A program made the position numbers and the translations under genes. Positions 29,413 through 38,938 of a stretch of 64,000 nt of DNA are shown piece after piece; the stretch's first letter is position 1; every line of letters starts with the position of its first letter. The notes below the pieces were generated by a model. The model did not search any database, was not told where the DNA came from, and saw nothing but the letters and a program-made list of their open reading frames with translations. Source of the stretch: a virus (lineage: Duplodnaviria; Caudoviricetes). The DNA lies in IMG/VR virus record IMGVR_UViG_3300042554_001750. One strand, 5' to 3'.

Positions 29413-30027
29413 CTTAATTTGGTGGTGCAACGAATCTATAGTACCGTTGTTGTCAATATAATGATCATAATCTAATCCTACACTAGAATATTCACTGGCA
29501 TGAATACCCAGTTTGTTGAGTCTGTCTTTAGCTATTGCCCAGCCAATCTGAGTAGGTCCTTTGTTTAGGTTTATCGCATCACTATACCAGTCAGGTTGTA
29601 GACCTCTTTCCACCCGACAAGTGATTCCCCCTGCCTTTTTGATAGCTTGTAACTCGTTGGCAAATCTACAATCGGTAATAACAATATTATCTTTAGATTG
29701 ACGAAGCTTATTTTCTACACTGGCAACCCAAATATCGGTGTGAAATCCGTTTCTACAAACTTCAGTACCCCAATATTGTAGTACCCACCTTGGAGTCAGA
29801 TTTGGAATATTTAATCGTTCTGCCCACCAAGGATCCACTTGCTCTCGCCATTCACGGCTTGACTTAGTAGTTCCCTCTAATAGTTCTCTATCCCAGCCAA
29901 ATACAGAACTCACTGCATCCTTTAAACTAGCCGCAAAACTTAATCTCTGGAATCCATGAAAAGTGCATAGATAGTCTGCAATAGTATCCTTACCACTTCC
30001 AATCAGTCCCGTAACCCCTAGAATCAT
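29395..30027 (-). CDS. deoxynucleoside monophosphate kinase (T4 gp1-like)
   Basis: GLIGSGKDT, SFAASLK, LQYWGTE and ITDCRFANE motifs. Confidence 0.9.
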   Translation of the reverse strand: MILGVTGLIGSGKDTIADYLCTFHGFQRLSFAASLKDAVSSVFGWDRELLEGTTKSSREWREQVDPWWAERLNIPNLTPRWVLQYWGTEVCRNGFHTDIWVASVENKLRQSKDNIVITDCRFANELQAIKKAGGITCRVERGLQPDWYSDAINLNKGPTQIGWAIAKDRLNKLGIHASEYSSVGLDYDHYIDNNGTIDSLHHQIKSIINF

Positions 30028-30086
30028 GTAAAAACTCCTGTCAAATACTTAGTATAAGACAGGAGTATAAAAAAGAAAAGAAGCAA

Positions 30087-30872
30087 TTAGCCCTGAATCC
30101 AAGTTAATGGTTGACTGTAATCTTGATACTTGCGTAAGTCATCAATTAGTGATTCTTGTAATGCCTTGCCTTCAGCTTTCATAGCTGTACCATTTAGGCT
30201 AGTGCCGCCGCCCGGGCCTGCAATACTGCCGAATTTTTCACGGGCCTCACCAATGATAGTTTTTAATGTTGCTAATGTGAAGTCCCCTATCCAAACTCCG
30301 GCACCCGGATCCTGCAATAATTCAATTACAGGCCTTTGTACATCAGCCCAAATAAGAATACGCTCACCCGAGCCCTTGAAATCTCGTACTACTTTTAATA
30401 CTTTAGTTACAGGGTTGAATGTATAGTTTACATATCCACCGAACATTCGTGCTGCCAATTCTACATAGCCGGCGTAAAAATCGTATGTTGCCATGCCACC
30501 TGTATAGTTATAGTTCAATAGATATGTGTTTAGAATCGCACTTGAAAATGGGTCAAATGCAGTAGAACTAGGGCCTGTTTCTAAGCCCACTGTTCTACGG
30601 TATAAGCATCTTACATTAATAAATTCTTGAGGGAGAGTATATGTGTCTACATTTTTTATAACCGTCATTAAGGTATATGATTCAATTGTAGCATTTTGTG
30701 CTCTTTGACGATATAGTTTGATAGCATAAGTGAATGCAGCCTCATAGTGTTGAGGATCTAATTCAATATCAATTATGCCGTCACCCAAACGCAACGCAAG
30801 ATTTTTAAACAATGCTTGCTTTAGTTCATCTTCTGTAAGATTGGTAGGTGTTGTTAAAATATTTGCGGTCAT
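30087..30872 (-). CDS. gp13: neck protein (gp13-like)
   Basis: LRLGDGIIDIELDPQHYE...IIGEAREKF...GGTSLNG motifs. Confidence 0.85.
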   Translation of the reverse strand: MTANILTTPTNLTEDELKQALFKNLALRLGDGIIDIELDPQHYEAAFTYAIKLYRQRAQNATIESYTLMTVIKNVDTYTLPQEFINVRCLYRRTVGLETGPSSTAFDPFSSAILNTYLLNYNYTGGMATYDFYAGYVELAARMFGGYVNYTFNPVTKVLKVVRDFKGSGERILIWADVQRPVIELLQDPGAGVWIGDFTLATLKTIIGEAREKFGSIAGPGGGTSLNGTAMKAEGKALQESLIDDLRKYQDYSQPLTWIQG

Positions 30873-30903
30873 AAGTAATCCCAGATATATTATTTATCAG
30901 GAA

Positions 30904-31341
30904 TTACAGGTCTCCCTCTTTTCGGTTCTCAGAGTAAAATGCGTCAAAGTGTCCGCCCGGATATCGTGCTTCAAGCTTCTTGACATTCTCGGCAATGACC
31001 TCATTAGGATCGTAGCCGAGTGCCCTACATGCATTAATCCAGTACCAAATGATATCTCCGAGTTCTCTTTTTAGATGATATACATTTTCATCACTCAATG
31101 GTTTACCTTGAAAAAAGATTTTCTTATTGATTTCAATAAACTCTCCGCTCTCTGCGGCTAATCCAAGACATGCCGTTAGTAGCAATGGAATATTAACACT
31201 CGGACCAGTTACATTTTCGCCATTTTGAGAATTCAATTCTTCACATCGTTGCTGAAAAATATGAAAATGGTTACTTGGATTACTTGTTACTGCTTCTACG
31301 AATTGTGTGTATTTTGTTAGGTCAATTTGATTATTGGACAT
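30904..31341 (-). CDS. MazG-like nucleotide pyrophosphohydrolase
   Basis: GLAAESGEF..INKK, ELGDIIWY and NVKKLEARYP motifs. Confidence 0.88.
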   Translation of the reverse strand: MSNNQIDLTKYTQFVEAVTSNPSNHFHIFQQRCEELNSQNGENVTGPSVNIPLLLTACLGLAAESGEFIEINKKIFFQGKPLSDENVYHLKRELGDIIWYWINACRALGYDPNEVIAENVKKLEARYPGGHFDAFYSENRKEGDL

Positions 31342-31465
31342 GTGTTTCTCCTATAGTCAATTATACACTAACTATACAGAAAAACAATAGAAAAGGACTA
31401 AATAAAAGTGTAGTTCGCGGGACGGGAATCCCCAACTACTCTATGATTGAAAAGGAATCACAGCA

Positions 31466-32176
31466 ATGATATTTAGCAAAAGAAATTATCCTTCAGGATA
31501 TTATGTTTATATCTACCTAAGAGAAGACGGTACGCCGTATTATGTCGGAAAGGGTAGTAAAGGCAGAGCGTGGTCTCTAAATCATAGAATAAAGCCGCCG
31601 CACGATACTAACAAGATTCTCATAACCCATTATGGTCTTACTGAATTATGGGCATTAGCAATGGAACGTTGGTATATTCGCTGGTATGGGCGCAAAGACT
31701 TGTGTACCGGTATTTTGAGAAACATGACCGAGGGAGGTGATGGATCTCCGAAGAGAAAATACAAGCCATTATCAGAACAAGATAAGAAAAAGAAAAGTCA
31801 AGCATCATATAAGAGATGGGCTGAGTGGCGAGGGCCAGATCCAAAGAATATTAGTATTGGTAGGTCAGGCGTCACACCGAAGGGTCATTCGTCAATGATT
31901 GGTAGTGAAAATCATAAAAAGAAGATGCTGGAAAAGTACGGTGTTACTAACCCGTCTTTGGTTCCTGCCATCAGAGAACGAAAAAGGGGTTCCGGAAACG
32001 GAAGATTTGATGCCACACTATATGTATGGAAAAATGCCATAACAGGAGAAGTTATTAATTCTACCCGTTATGACATGATACATGTTTATGGATTAAACAA
32101 AAATGAAATTATCAAAATGATTACAGGCAAAAGAAAATCCGCACATATGAATTGGTATTTTGTCACCAAGCCTTAA
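31466..32176 (+). CDS. free-standing GIY-YIG homing endonuclease
   Basis: YYVYIYLREDGTPYYVGKG..GRA; E and N of the GIY-YIG core; basic C-terminal DNA-binding modules; opposite strand to its neighbours. Confidence 0.85.
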   Translation: MIFSKRNYPSGYYVYIYLREDGTPYYVGKGSKGRAWSLNHRIKPPHDTNKILITHYGLTELWALAMERWYIRWYGRKDLCTGILRNMTEGGDGSPKRKYKPLSEQDKKKKSQASYKRWAEWRGPDPKNISIGRSGVTPKGHSSMIGSENHKKKMLEKYGVTNPSLVPAIRERKRGSGNGRFDATLYVWKNAITGEVINSTRYDMIHVYGLNKNEIIKMITGKRKSAHMNWYFVTKP

Positions 32177-33359
32177 GAATTAACATATTCTCATTCGTTC
32201 TTCCATTAAATGATGTTGCCACTGCCTTAATGTCAGCAAAAAACTTTCTACCTGAGGGCTTACCGAGTTTTAGAAATTCTTTTAATTGTTCTCCTGGTTT
32301 GCGAATAGTTTTGACTTGACTTTTACCGGAGTCAAACCCAAGAATAGCAGTACCTTTCACAGTAAATGACTTGCTATACTCATCCGCACATAGATAGATT
32401 AACTTGCGTTTGGCACTGTCGTATAGATAACATTCACTAGCACCATGCAGTTTAACAGGATGCAAACTAACAAGGTCCAATTTCATTGCAGGATCTTTGA
32501 ACTCCTTCAGATACTTAAGCTTACTGACAAGCTTTTCAACAGGAACTGCCTTACGGGCCCGGGGTGCCTTAGCTGCCTTCTTGACGCTAATATAACTATT
32601 AAGGTCAGCGATTACCTGTTCAATAAATTTGATAATATTTTTAACTTGTGTTTTGGTTAGGTAGCTGTATCCCTCAACCAATTGCTTGTCCTTAGCCTCA
32701 AGCAACTCAGTAAATTCATTTAGTTTCTTTTTCCAAACATCAGTTAGAATACTGATATGCTGAGGCAATACATTCTTTTTAGCAACTTCATCCAGTGCTT
32801 TAGTAGCAAACTTACTAGGTGCGCCGGATAGTACAAAGTCGTCAAAGAGTCCTTCAAGTTCGCCCCCTGCTTCCCGTGCCTTTTCCTTCATAATTTCTTG
32901 CACATTGGGACGATTGACAGGTTCTTTATCCTCAGCAATCTTAGTTACACTGGTTTTACTGACTTTGATTTCGGGCTTATGAACTGCCTTGATTAGCCGT
33001 TGAATCTCGTTTTCTAGTGTAGTTTCTTCATGTTCTGTCAATTCCAAACCACGAAGTTTCATTCGTGCGACCCAACACCAACTCATCATTAGTTCATTGT
33101 CGGCAACTTTTCTAATGATTTTAGCATCATCTTTGCGGTTGCTCAGTTCCAAATATTGAATGAGTAGGTCTTTTGCGTCTTTGCGGCCATAAAACTTACT
33201 GTACCAGTTCAGTGCGCGACCAAGAGCATGATTACGCAAGTCAGGCTCGGGTTGTAGCGCAAACAAAGGCTCATCACCCATATACTTGGTGTCCGGATCC
33301 CGTGGATTCAATGCTCGGACACCAGTAGTATCAATAACCTTCTTAGATTTCTTAGTCAT
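32163..33359 (-). CDS. conserved hypothetical phage protein
   Basis: 398-aa ORF with GGAG RBS and a sigma70 promoter. Confidence 0.85.
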   Translation of the reverse strand: MTKKSKKVIDTTGVRALNPRDPDTKYMGDEPLFALQPEPDLRNHALGRALNWYSKFYGRKDAKDLLIQYLELSNRKDDAKIIRKVADNELMMSWCWVARMKLRGLELTEHEETTLENEIQRLIKAVHKPEIKVSKTSVTKIAEDKEPVNRPNVQEIMKEKAREAGGELEGLFDDFVLSGAPSKFATKALDEVAKKNVLPQHISILTDVWKKKLNEFTELLEAKDKQLVEGYSYLTKTQVKNIIKFIEQVIADLNSYISVKKAAKAPRARKAVPVEKLVSKLKYLKEFKDPAMKLDLVSLHPVKLHGASECYLYDSAKRKLIYLCADEYSKSFTVKGTAILGFDSGKSQVKTIRKPGEQLKEFLKLGKPSGRKFFADIKAVATSFNGRTNENMLILKAW

Positions 33360-33388
33360 GTTGACTCCAAATTAACATTTATACGATG

Positions 33389-33417
33389 ATTATATATCAA
33401 TAACCATTTTCTGTCAA
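33389..33417 (-). promoter_or_regulatory. sigma70-type promoter
   Basis: TTGACA-17 bp-TATAAT. Confidence 0.8.
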
Positions 33418-33438
33418 GCCTATTCCGATAAATACAAT

Positions 33439-35151
33439 ATGCCAAGATTATCCTTATACCGCCCTAACAAGCAAAACGATTACCGATTCTTAGATAGAAC
33501 TATTTCGGAACAATTGACTGTTGGCGGTACTGATTTATACATCCACAAGTATCTAGGTCCAACGGATCAAGGTGCGTCAATAGACTATACTCAGCCCCAG
33601 TATGATAAACTAGATCCTACAAATATTCAAGATTTGTTGTTCCTTGAAAACAGAGACAGAACATACGATCCTAATATTTATAGATTGCGCGGTCATTATA
33701 ATGTTCAAAATCTAGATTTTGATTTAAGTCAGTTTGGATTGTTCTTAAACAACGATATTATTTTCATCACCGTTCACTATAACGACATGATTGATATTGT
33801 GGGTCGTAAATTGATGGTTGGTGATGTTCTTGAATTGCCGCATTTACTTGATTACAATCCTTTAAAAGAATCTATTCCCACAGCGTTGAAAAGATTTATG
33901 CAAATCACCGACGCAAACTATGCTAGTGAAGGTTTCAGTCAAACATGGTTCCCACACTTGTGGCGTATTAAATGCGAACCATTAGTTGATAGTCAAGAGT
34001 TTAGTCAGATATTACAAGAACCAGTAAACCAAGACAATTATCTTGGTTTATGGGATAAGGATAAAACATACCCACCGGGCTATGTTATCAGTTATGGTGA
34101 CAAGAATTATATCTCTAAGATTGAAGTACCTATAGGTATTGCTCCGCCCAACGACACATATTGGGAATTGGACACTGCCGAGAATCTCAAAGATATTCTT
34201 GCTACTTACAATAGAAATATTGAAATTAATAATGCACAACTAGAAGAAGCACAACGCTTAGTGCCCAAAGCAGGTTACGATAGAAGTCAAATGTATATTG
34301 TACCTACTTATGGCACCTACGAAACAAATACACAATTATCTGGAAAAACAAATCAACCTGCACCACCCATCAATGTTGTCATTGACGGTACTGGTGGCCC
34401 AACAACGGCTACTGGTAGTGTATTAATGATTAGAGATCCAAAGTTCAAGAAAGCAAGTCCTGTCATTAGAATTCCTCAACAAGCTGTTCAAAGCATATGG
34501 GACATGACAGCCGACATGGATCATGCAGAGATACTAGATAAATTTGCGACTACTAGTTTAGAAATTGTTGAGAAAGCTCCGACAAAGCTTGACACTGGTT
34601 CGGGCGCACTAGAGGGAGAGTTAGTTCTATCTGTACAATCATTGGGTACAATTACAGGACCATATGGTACTGCTGACAATACATATGCTACAGCAGACCA
34701 AGATCCAACACAACCCGGATTTACTGGAACAATTACTCCACAAATGGACTTCCGTGCAGACTGCGATCCAAGATTCCAATATATTACAAGAAGCAGTCCT
34801 AGAACATTCGGTTACACAATGGGTTATCTTGATGGAACCGATCAAGCTCCCAACGGTGAACCAACTGGTGCAGGAATCAGTTTCCCACAAAATCCAAAAG
34901 TTGGAGACTATTTCTTGCGCATTGACTATTTCCCACAAATACTATATCGCTGGGACGGTAAACTTTGGGTCAGAATTTCTACCAATGTAAGAACAGATAC
35001 TGGCTTCACACAGAATGATACATCACAGTTGTCAGGCTTCATAAATAACAGTAATGTGACGGTTAAGACTGATGGGGCAATAGTACCGCAGAAACAGGGA
35101 TTATCAACTATACTTCAGTTAACACCTGACCCTATTCCACCTAGAACATAA
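33439..35151 (+). CDS. gp14: neck/head-closure protein (gp14-like) with inserted domains
   Basis: GGTDLYIHKY, DLSQFGLFL, GDVLELPH and WRIKCEP; inserted WDKDKTY.PG.VISY...YWE module. Confidence 0.75.
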   Translation: MPRLSLYRPNKQNDYRFLDRTISEQLTVGGTDLYIHKYLGPTDQGASIDYTQPQYDKLDPTNIQDLLFLENRDRTYDPNIYRLRGHYNVQNLDFDLSQFGLFLNNDIIFITVHYNDMIDIVGRKLMVGDVLELPHLLDYNPLKESIPTALKRFMQITDANYASEGFSQTWFPHLWRIKCEPLVDSQEFSQILQEPVNQDNYLGLWDKDKTYPPGYVISYGDKNYISKIEVPIGIAPPNDTYWELDTAENLKDILATYNRNIEINNAQLEEAQRLVPKAGYDRSQMYIVPTYGTYETNTQLSGKTNQPAPPINVVIDGTGGPTTATGSVLMIRDPKFKKASPVIRIPQQAVQSIWDMTADMDHAEILDKFATTSLEIVEKAPTKLDTGSGALEGELVLSVQSLGTITGPYGTADNTYATADQDPTQPGFTGTITPQMDFRADCDPRFQYITRSSPRTFGYTMGYLDGTDQAPNGEPTGAGISFPQNPKVGDYFLRIDYFPQILYRWDGKLWVRISTNVRTDTGFTQNDTSQLSGFINNSNVTVKTDGAIVPQKQGLSTILQLTPDPIPPRT

Positions 35152-35153
35152 AC

Positions 35154-36524
35154 ATGGCACAATACTTTTATGATAATCAGGTACGAAGGTTCCTGATTCA
35201 ATTTGCAAAAATCTTTAGCAACTGGTATGTAACTAAAGGTAAAGATCCAGCCGGTAATGATATATTGGTTCGTGTACCCGTGATGTACGGTGACAGCAGT
35301 AGACAAGCTAGCACAATTATCGCAAACAATAGTGCAAGTAATTTACCTAGTGCACCACTAATCACCTATTACATAACAGCATTAGAGTATGACCAGCGTA
35401 GAACACAAGATCCTACATTTGTTGATAGAATAAATGTAAGACAAAGGGCATATAACCAAGAAAATCAACAGTATGAAACTACGCAGGGCCAAGCATTTAC
35501 GATTGAAAGATTAATGCCTGTGCCATACACACTAAGAATAACAGTAGATTTTTGGACTACCAATTATAATCAAAAGTTAGAACTTATTGAACAACTTGGT
35601 GCATTGTTTAACCCGTCATTAGAAATTCAAAGTACTGACAACTTCATTGATTGGACATCATTGAGTGTTGTATACCAAGATGGATTGACATTCACCAGTA
35701 GAAGTATACCACAGGGCACAGGTAATCCAATTGATGTAATGACCTGGAAGTTTTACATGCCTATTTGGATTAGCACCGCAGCTAAACTTAAAAAGATGGG
35801 TGTTATTCAGAAAATCATCGCAAGTATTTTTGCAGGCAAAGCAATGTCAGACATTCAGGACGATGATTTATTGTTGGGCACAAGACAAAAAATTACGCCG
35901 TACGGCTACAAGGTTTTATTGTTAGGCAATACATTACAGTTGTTGCCAGCCAATCAAGCATTTTATCCTAGCAATGCTAACTTGGATGCGCCACCTGCAC
36001 CCAACACAAATTTATATTGGTCTAGTTTATTGAATGTATACGGTACATTAAGACCCGGTATAAGTCAAATTTGGTTGCAAAACCCATTCATGGATACTGA
36101 GATTGTAGGAACTATCGTACCAGATCCAATGGATGATAGATTGTTAATCTATAATATTGACCCAGACACATTACCACAAAACACACTTAATCCAGTTGAT
36201 AGTGTTATCAATCCATTGGTATCGGGACCTAATGCAGGATTGCCCGGACCTGTACAGGGTCGTAGATATCTAATCGTTGAAAATATAGGAAGCGACAATA
36301 ATACTACCACTGCTTGGGGAGACTTGATTGCTGAAGCCAATGACATTATTGAATATAATGTTGGTACAGGAAAATGGTTTGTAAGTTTTAATGCGTCAGC
36401 ATCTACAACAGTTCAGTATGTTACTAACCTTACAACCAATATTCAATATAGATATACCGATAACATGTGGATGAAATCGTATGAGGGCTGGTATGATCAG
36501 GGAGATTATTCTATTGTGATTTAA
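35154..36524 (+). CDS. gp15: tail terminator/sheath stabiliser (gp15-like)
   Basis: YFYDNQVRRF, RVPVMYG, PVPYTL and EQLGALFNPS motifs. Confidence 0.8.
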   Translation: MAQYFYDNQVRRFLIQFAKIFSNWYVTKGKDPAGNDILVRVPVMYGDSSRQASTIIANNSASNLPSAPLITYYITALEYDQRRTQDPTFVDRINVRQRAYNQENQQYETTQGQAFTIERLMPVPYTLRITVDFWTTNYNQKLELIEQLGALFNPSLEIQSTDNFIDWTSLSVVYQDGLTFTSRSIPQGTGNPIDVMTWKFYMPIWISTAAKLKKMGVIQKIIASIFAGKAMSDIQDDDLLLGTRQKITPYGYKVLLLGNTLQLLPANQAFYPSNANLDAPPAPNTNLYWSSLLNVYGTLRPGISQIWLQNPFMDTEIVGTIVPDPMDDRLLIYNIDPDTLPQNTLNPVDSVINPLVSGPNAGLPGPVQGRRYLIVENIGSDNNTTTAWGDLIAEANDIIEYNVGTGKWFVSFNASASTTVQYVTNLTTNIQYRYTDNMWMKSYEGWYDQGDYSIVI

Positions 36525-36541
36525 TTTAGATAAATCATAGT

Positions 36542-36955
36542 ATGAGTCAATCAGCAGGCGTTTTCTTTTATTCCAAATCAACAGATAGATTTTTATATCT
36601 CCTAAGGTCAGATAATAAAAATCCATCTAATTGGGGTATTCCTGGCGGAAAAATTGAAGCCGGCGAAATGATTCTTGAGGGATTAGAAAGAGAGTGCATT
36701 GAAGAAATTAATTTTTGGCCCCCGGATTCTAAATTAATTCCTATACAAAAGTTTGTGAATAATACATTCACTTATCACACATTCTTCTGCCAAGTTGACA
36801 ATGAATTTATACCAGAGTTGAATTATGAACATTGCGGATATGCCTGGGTAGGGGATAATCAGTATCCAAAACCATTACATCCGGGATTGTTCAGTACAGT
36901 CAATTTTGACGTAGTACAAGAAAAATTAAAGTCATTAACAAAAAAGGGGCCTTAA
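36542..36955 (+). CDS. NUDIX hydrolase
   Basis: WGIPGGKIEAGE...GLERECIEE Nudix box. Confidence 0.9.
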   Translation: MSQSAGVFFYSKSTDRFLYLLRSDNKNPSNWGIPGGKIEAGEMILEGLERECIEEINFWPPDSKLIPIQKFVNNTFTYHTFFCQVDNEFIPELNYEHCGYAWVGDNQYPKPLHPGLFSTVNFDVVQEKLKSLTKKGP

Positions 36956-36965
36956 GCCCCTTTTT
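36940..36965. terminator. bidirectional intrinsic terminator
   Basis: AAAAAGGGGC-CTTAA-GCCCCTTTTT between convergent genes. Confidence 0.85.
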
Positions 36966-37276
36966 CATTGTAGCAATTTAGCTATCGCGTCAAATCCTAA
37001 CGAACCGATAACAATACCGGCTCCCATCATCATCCATCTCCATTTTTCTAAAGCTGAAACTTTTGATGCTAGAGATGCATGAGCTTTTGAATCGCTTTCT
37101 TGCATCTCCTTAATCATTTGTTTCATCTCATCACTATTCCTATCCAAACACTCATGCACGGATTTCAAGTCGTCCTTTAATTCACCGATTTTTTCCTCGA
37201 TGTTTTGAACTTGAACTTGAAGAACTGCAATATCAGTTTGTGCTTGCTGTGGCATAGTTATAGTCTTGGCTATCAT
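36965..37276 (-). CDS. coiled-coil protein with C-terminal membrane anchor
   Basis: Heptad repeats followed by WRWMMMGAGIVIGSLG. Confidence 0.7.
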   Translation of the reverse strand: MIAKTITMPQQAQTDIAVLQVQVQNIEEKIGELKDDLKSVHECLDRNSDEMKQMIKEMQESDSKAHASLASKVSALEKWRWMMMGAGIVIGSLGFDAIAKLLQ

Positions 37277-37278
37277 GA

Positions 37279-38535
37279 TTATGCATTAGAAATTGTAACT
37301 AAGTTGTATGGCATAGCGTTAGATGTATTAGCATCTTCGGCTGTGTTAAATGTCACATAAACTGGTGTAGCATTGGCTAATACAATGTTTCCAGTTGCGA
37401 TTGGACCGGATGTAGCTGTAAACAACTCACCTGTATGATCGCTTAGACTTTGAACAGTTTGTGTAGCACTATTGGCGTAGGTAGCAAGAACACGCATTGT
37501 ATTTGGTGTTAATGCAGTATTTGCAACGTTAGCCATTAAGCACTGTGCTGTCAAGCCTGATGTACTACCTGTTACCAAATACTTTTGCTTGCCTTTTTGA
37601 CGAACAATGTAACCTGCTTCGTCATTTGCATACACAAACGCCGCGCCTTCAAAGTTTGCAGTAGCATTTGCCGTCAATACAGTAACGTCAATAGTAGCAT
37701 TTGCCGCTGTTGTACCAGTTGTAACTGCTCTTACAGGACCATATTGTGTATTAGATACTGTAAATGCGGCTGCGTTGGCAATAGTTTTAACAAAGTATGT
37801 TGAGCCTGCAACTAAGCCACCGGTGTTTGCATCAAATGTTACTGGAGCACCAACAAACAATGTTTGTGCATTACCTGAAGTACCAATTACATTACCAGTA
37901 GCGTTTGTATTAGCAACTGCAACGGTGATGTATCCGGTATTAGTAGAAACGAAACCAACTGTTGTATAGTCAGTACCACCGTTAATATTTGCAGAAGCAA
38001 CTTGAACAGCAGAACCAACGGATAATGTATTGGCAAAATCTGTACCAGAACCATATACGTTCATATTAGCTGTATCACCATAAAGTGTACCTGTACCATT
38101 GATACCGATAGCAACTTGTGCTAATACTTGTGGGCCAATAATAGCTGTATTACCACCAACTACGCTATATGTATTGCTATTTGTTGTTGGGAAACCAACG
38201 CCACCATTTGGATTGTTAAAATATGCATCAACTACACCAACTGATGTTGATACTGTTGTTCCACTTGTTGCACTCAAATTAACTGGAGTATATGTTGGAT
38301 TAGCACTTAGTTCAGTTGCGGATGCAGTGAAAGTAGTATTACTTGTTACATTTAAAATCCAGTAAGTTGTATTGGCAGTTAAACCACCTGTTGTGCTTGC
38401 TGGAATGAACGGCATACCTTTGATAACACCTAAAGTTGATAGGTTTTGTGAAACCGTTACTTCTTCAGATGTTGCATCTGTACCCGTGATTGTTAATATG
38501 GCTTGCGCCTTTGCGATTTTTAGAGGACGTCCCAT
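37279..38535 (-). CDS. abundant virion structural protein (MGRPL-type)
   Basis: A/T/N/G-rich; strongly biased codons; structured leader and late promoter. Confidence 0.65.
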   Translation of the reverse strand: MGRPLKIAKAQAILTITGTDATSEEVTVSQNLSTLGVIKGMPFIPASTTGGLTANTTYWILNVTSNTTFTASATELSANPTYTPVNLSATSGTTVSTSVGVVDAYFNNPNGGVGFPTTNSNTYSVVGGNTAIIGPQVLAQVAIGINGTGTLYGDTANMNVYGSGTDFANTLSVGSAVQVASANINGGTDYTTVGFVSTNTGYITVAVANTNATGNVIGTSGNAQTLFVGAPVTFDANTGGLVAGSTYFVKTIANAAAFTVSNTQYGPVRAVTTGTTAANATIDVTVLTANATANFEGAAFVYANDEAGYIVRQKGKQKYLVTGSTSGLTAQCLMANVANTALTPNTMRVLATYANSATQTVQSLSDHTGELFTATSGPIATGNIVLANATPVYVTFNTAEDANTSNAMPYNLVTISNA

Positions 38536-38555
38536 TTGTTTTTCCTTTGTAAAAT

Positions 38556-38611
38556 TAGCGGGTTCTAGCCGCTACGCAGTGGGTTACTGCATAAACTCTC
38601 CGAATGAGAGT
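38556..38611 (-). promoter_or_regulatory. three-hairpin structured 5' leader
   Basis: ACTCTC/GAGAGT, TATGCAGT/ACTGCGTA and TAGCGG/CCGCTA stems directly after the GATAAATA at 38620-38627. Confidence 0.7.
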
Positions 38612-38638
38612 GTATAATGTATTTATCAATAATAAGTA

Positions 38639-38926
38639 TTATTCTGTGCCGGTATTAGCGTGATTCATACCTAATGTACTAACACTAAATGCACCTGCTG
38701 TACCGGCTACGTTAATATATGCTATGTAATTACCTTGTCCAACTAAAAAGTTGTTGTCTACTGTGTTTGCAGGAATGATCTCACCTGTTGTTAGATTAGC
38801 AGTAACACTAGAGTTACCTACCGCTACCGCGATTGCTGATGTTGTTGTAGCAATACGCACTTTATCAGTAGTTGCTACTGCTGTTAGTTGACTTGTACCA
38901 TTTGCTGTGTAAATTGCTGATGCCAT
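38639..38926 (-). CDS. small structural-type protein
   Basis: 95 aa, A/T/N-rich. Confidence 0.75.
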   Translation of the reverse strand: MASAIYTANGTSQLTAVATTDKVRIATTTSAIAVAVGNSSVTANLTTGEIIPANTVDNNFLVGQGNYIAYINVAGTAGAFSVSTLGMNHANTGTE

Positions 38927-38938
38927 TTTATTTTCCTA

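Noticed and set aside
38556-38627. tRNA gene
   Set aside because: Three hairpins are present, but there is no acceptor stem, T-loop consensus or CCA. No tRNA was recognised elsewhere either.
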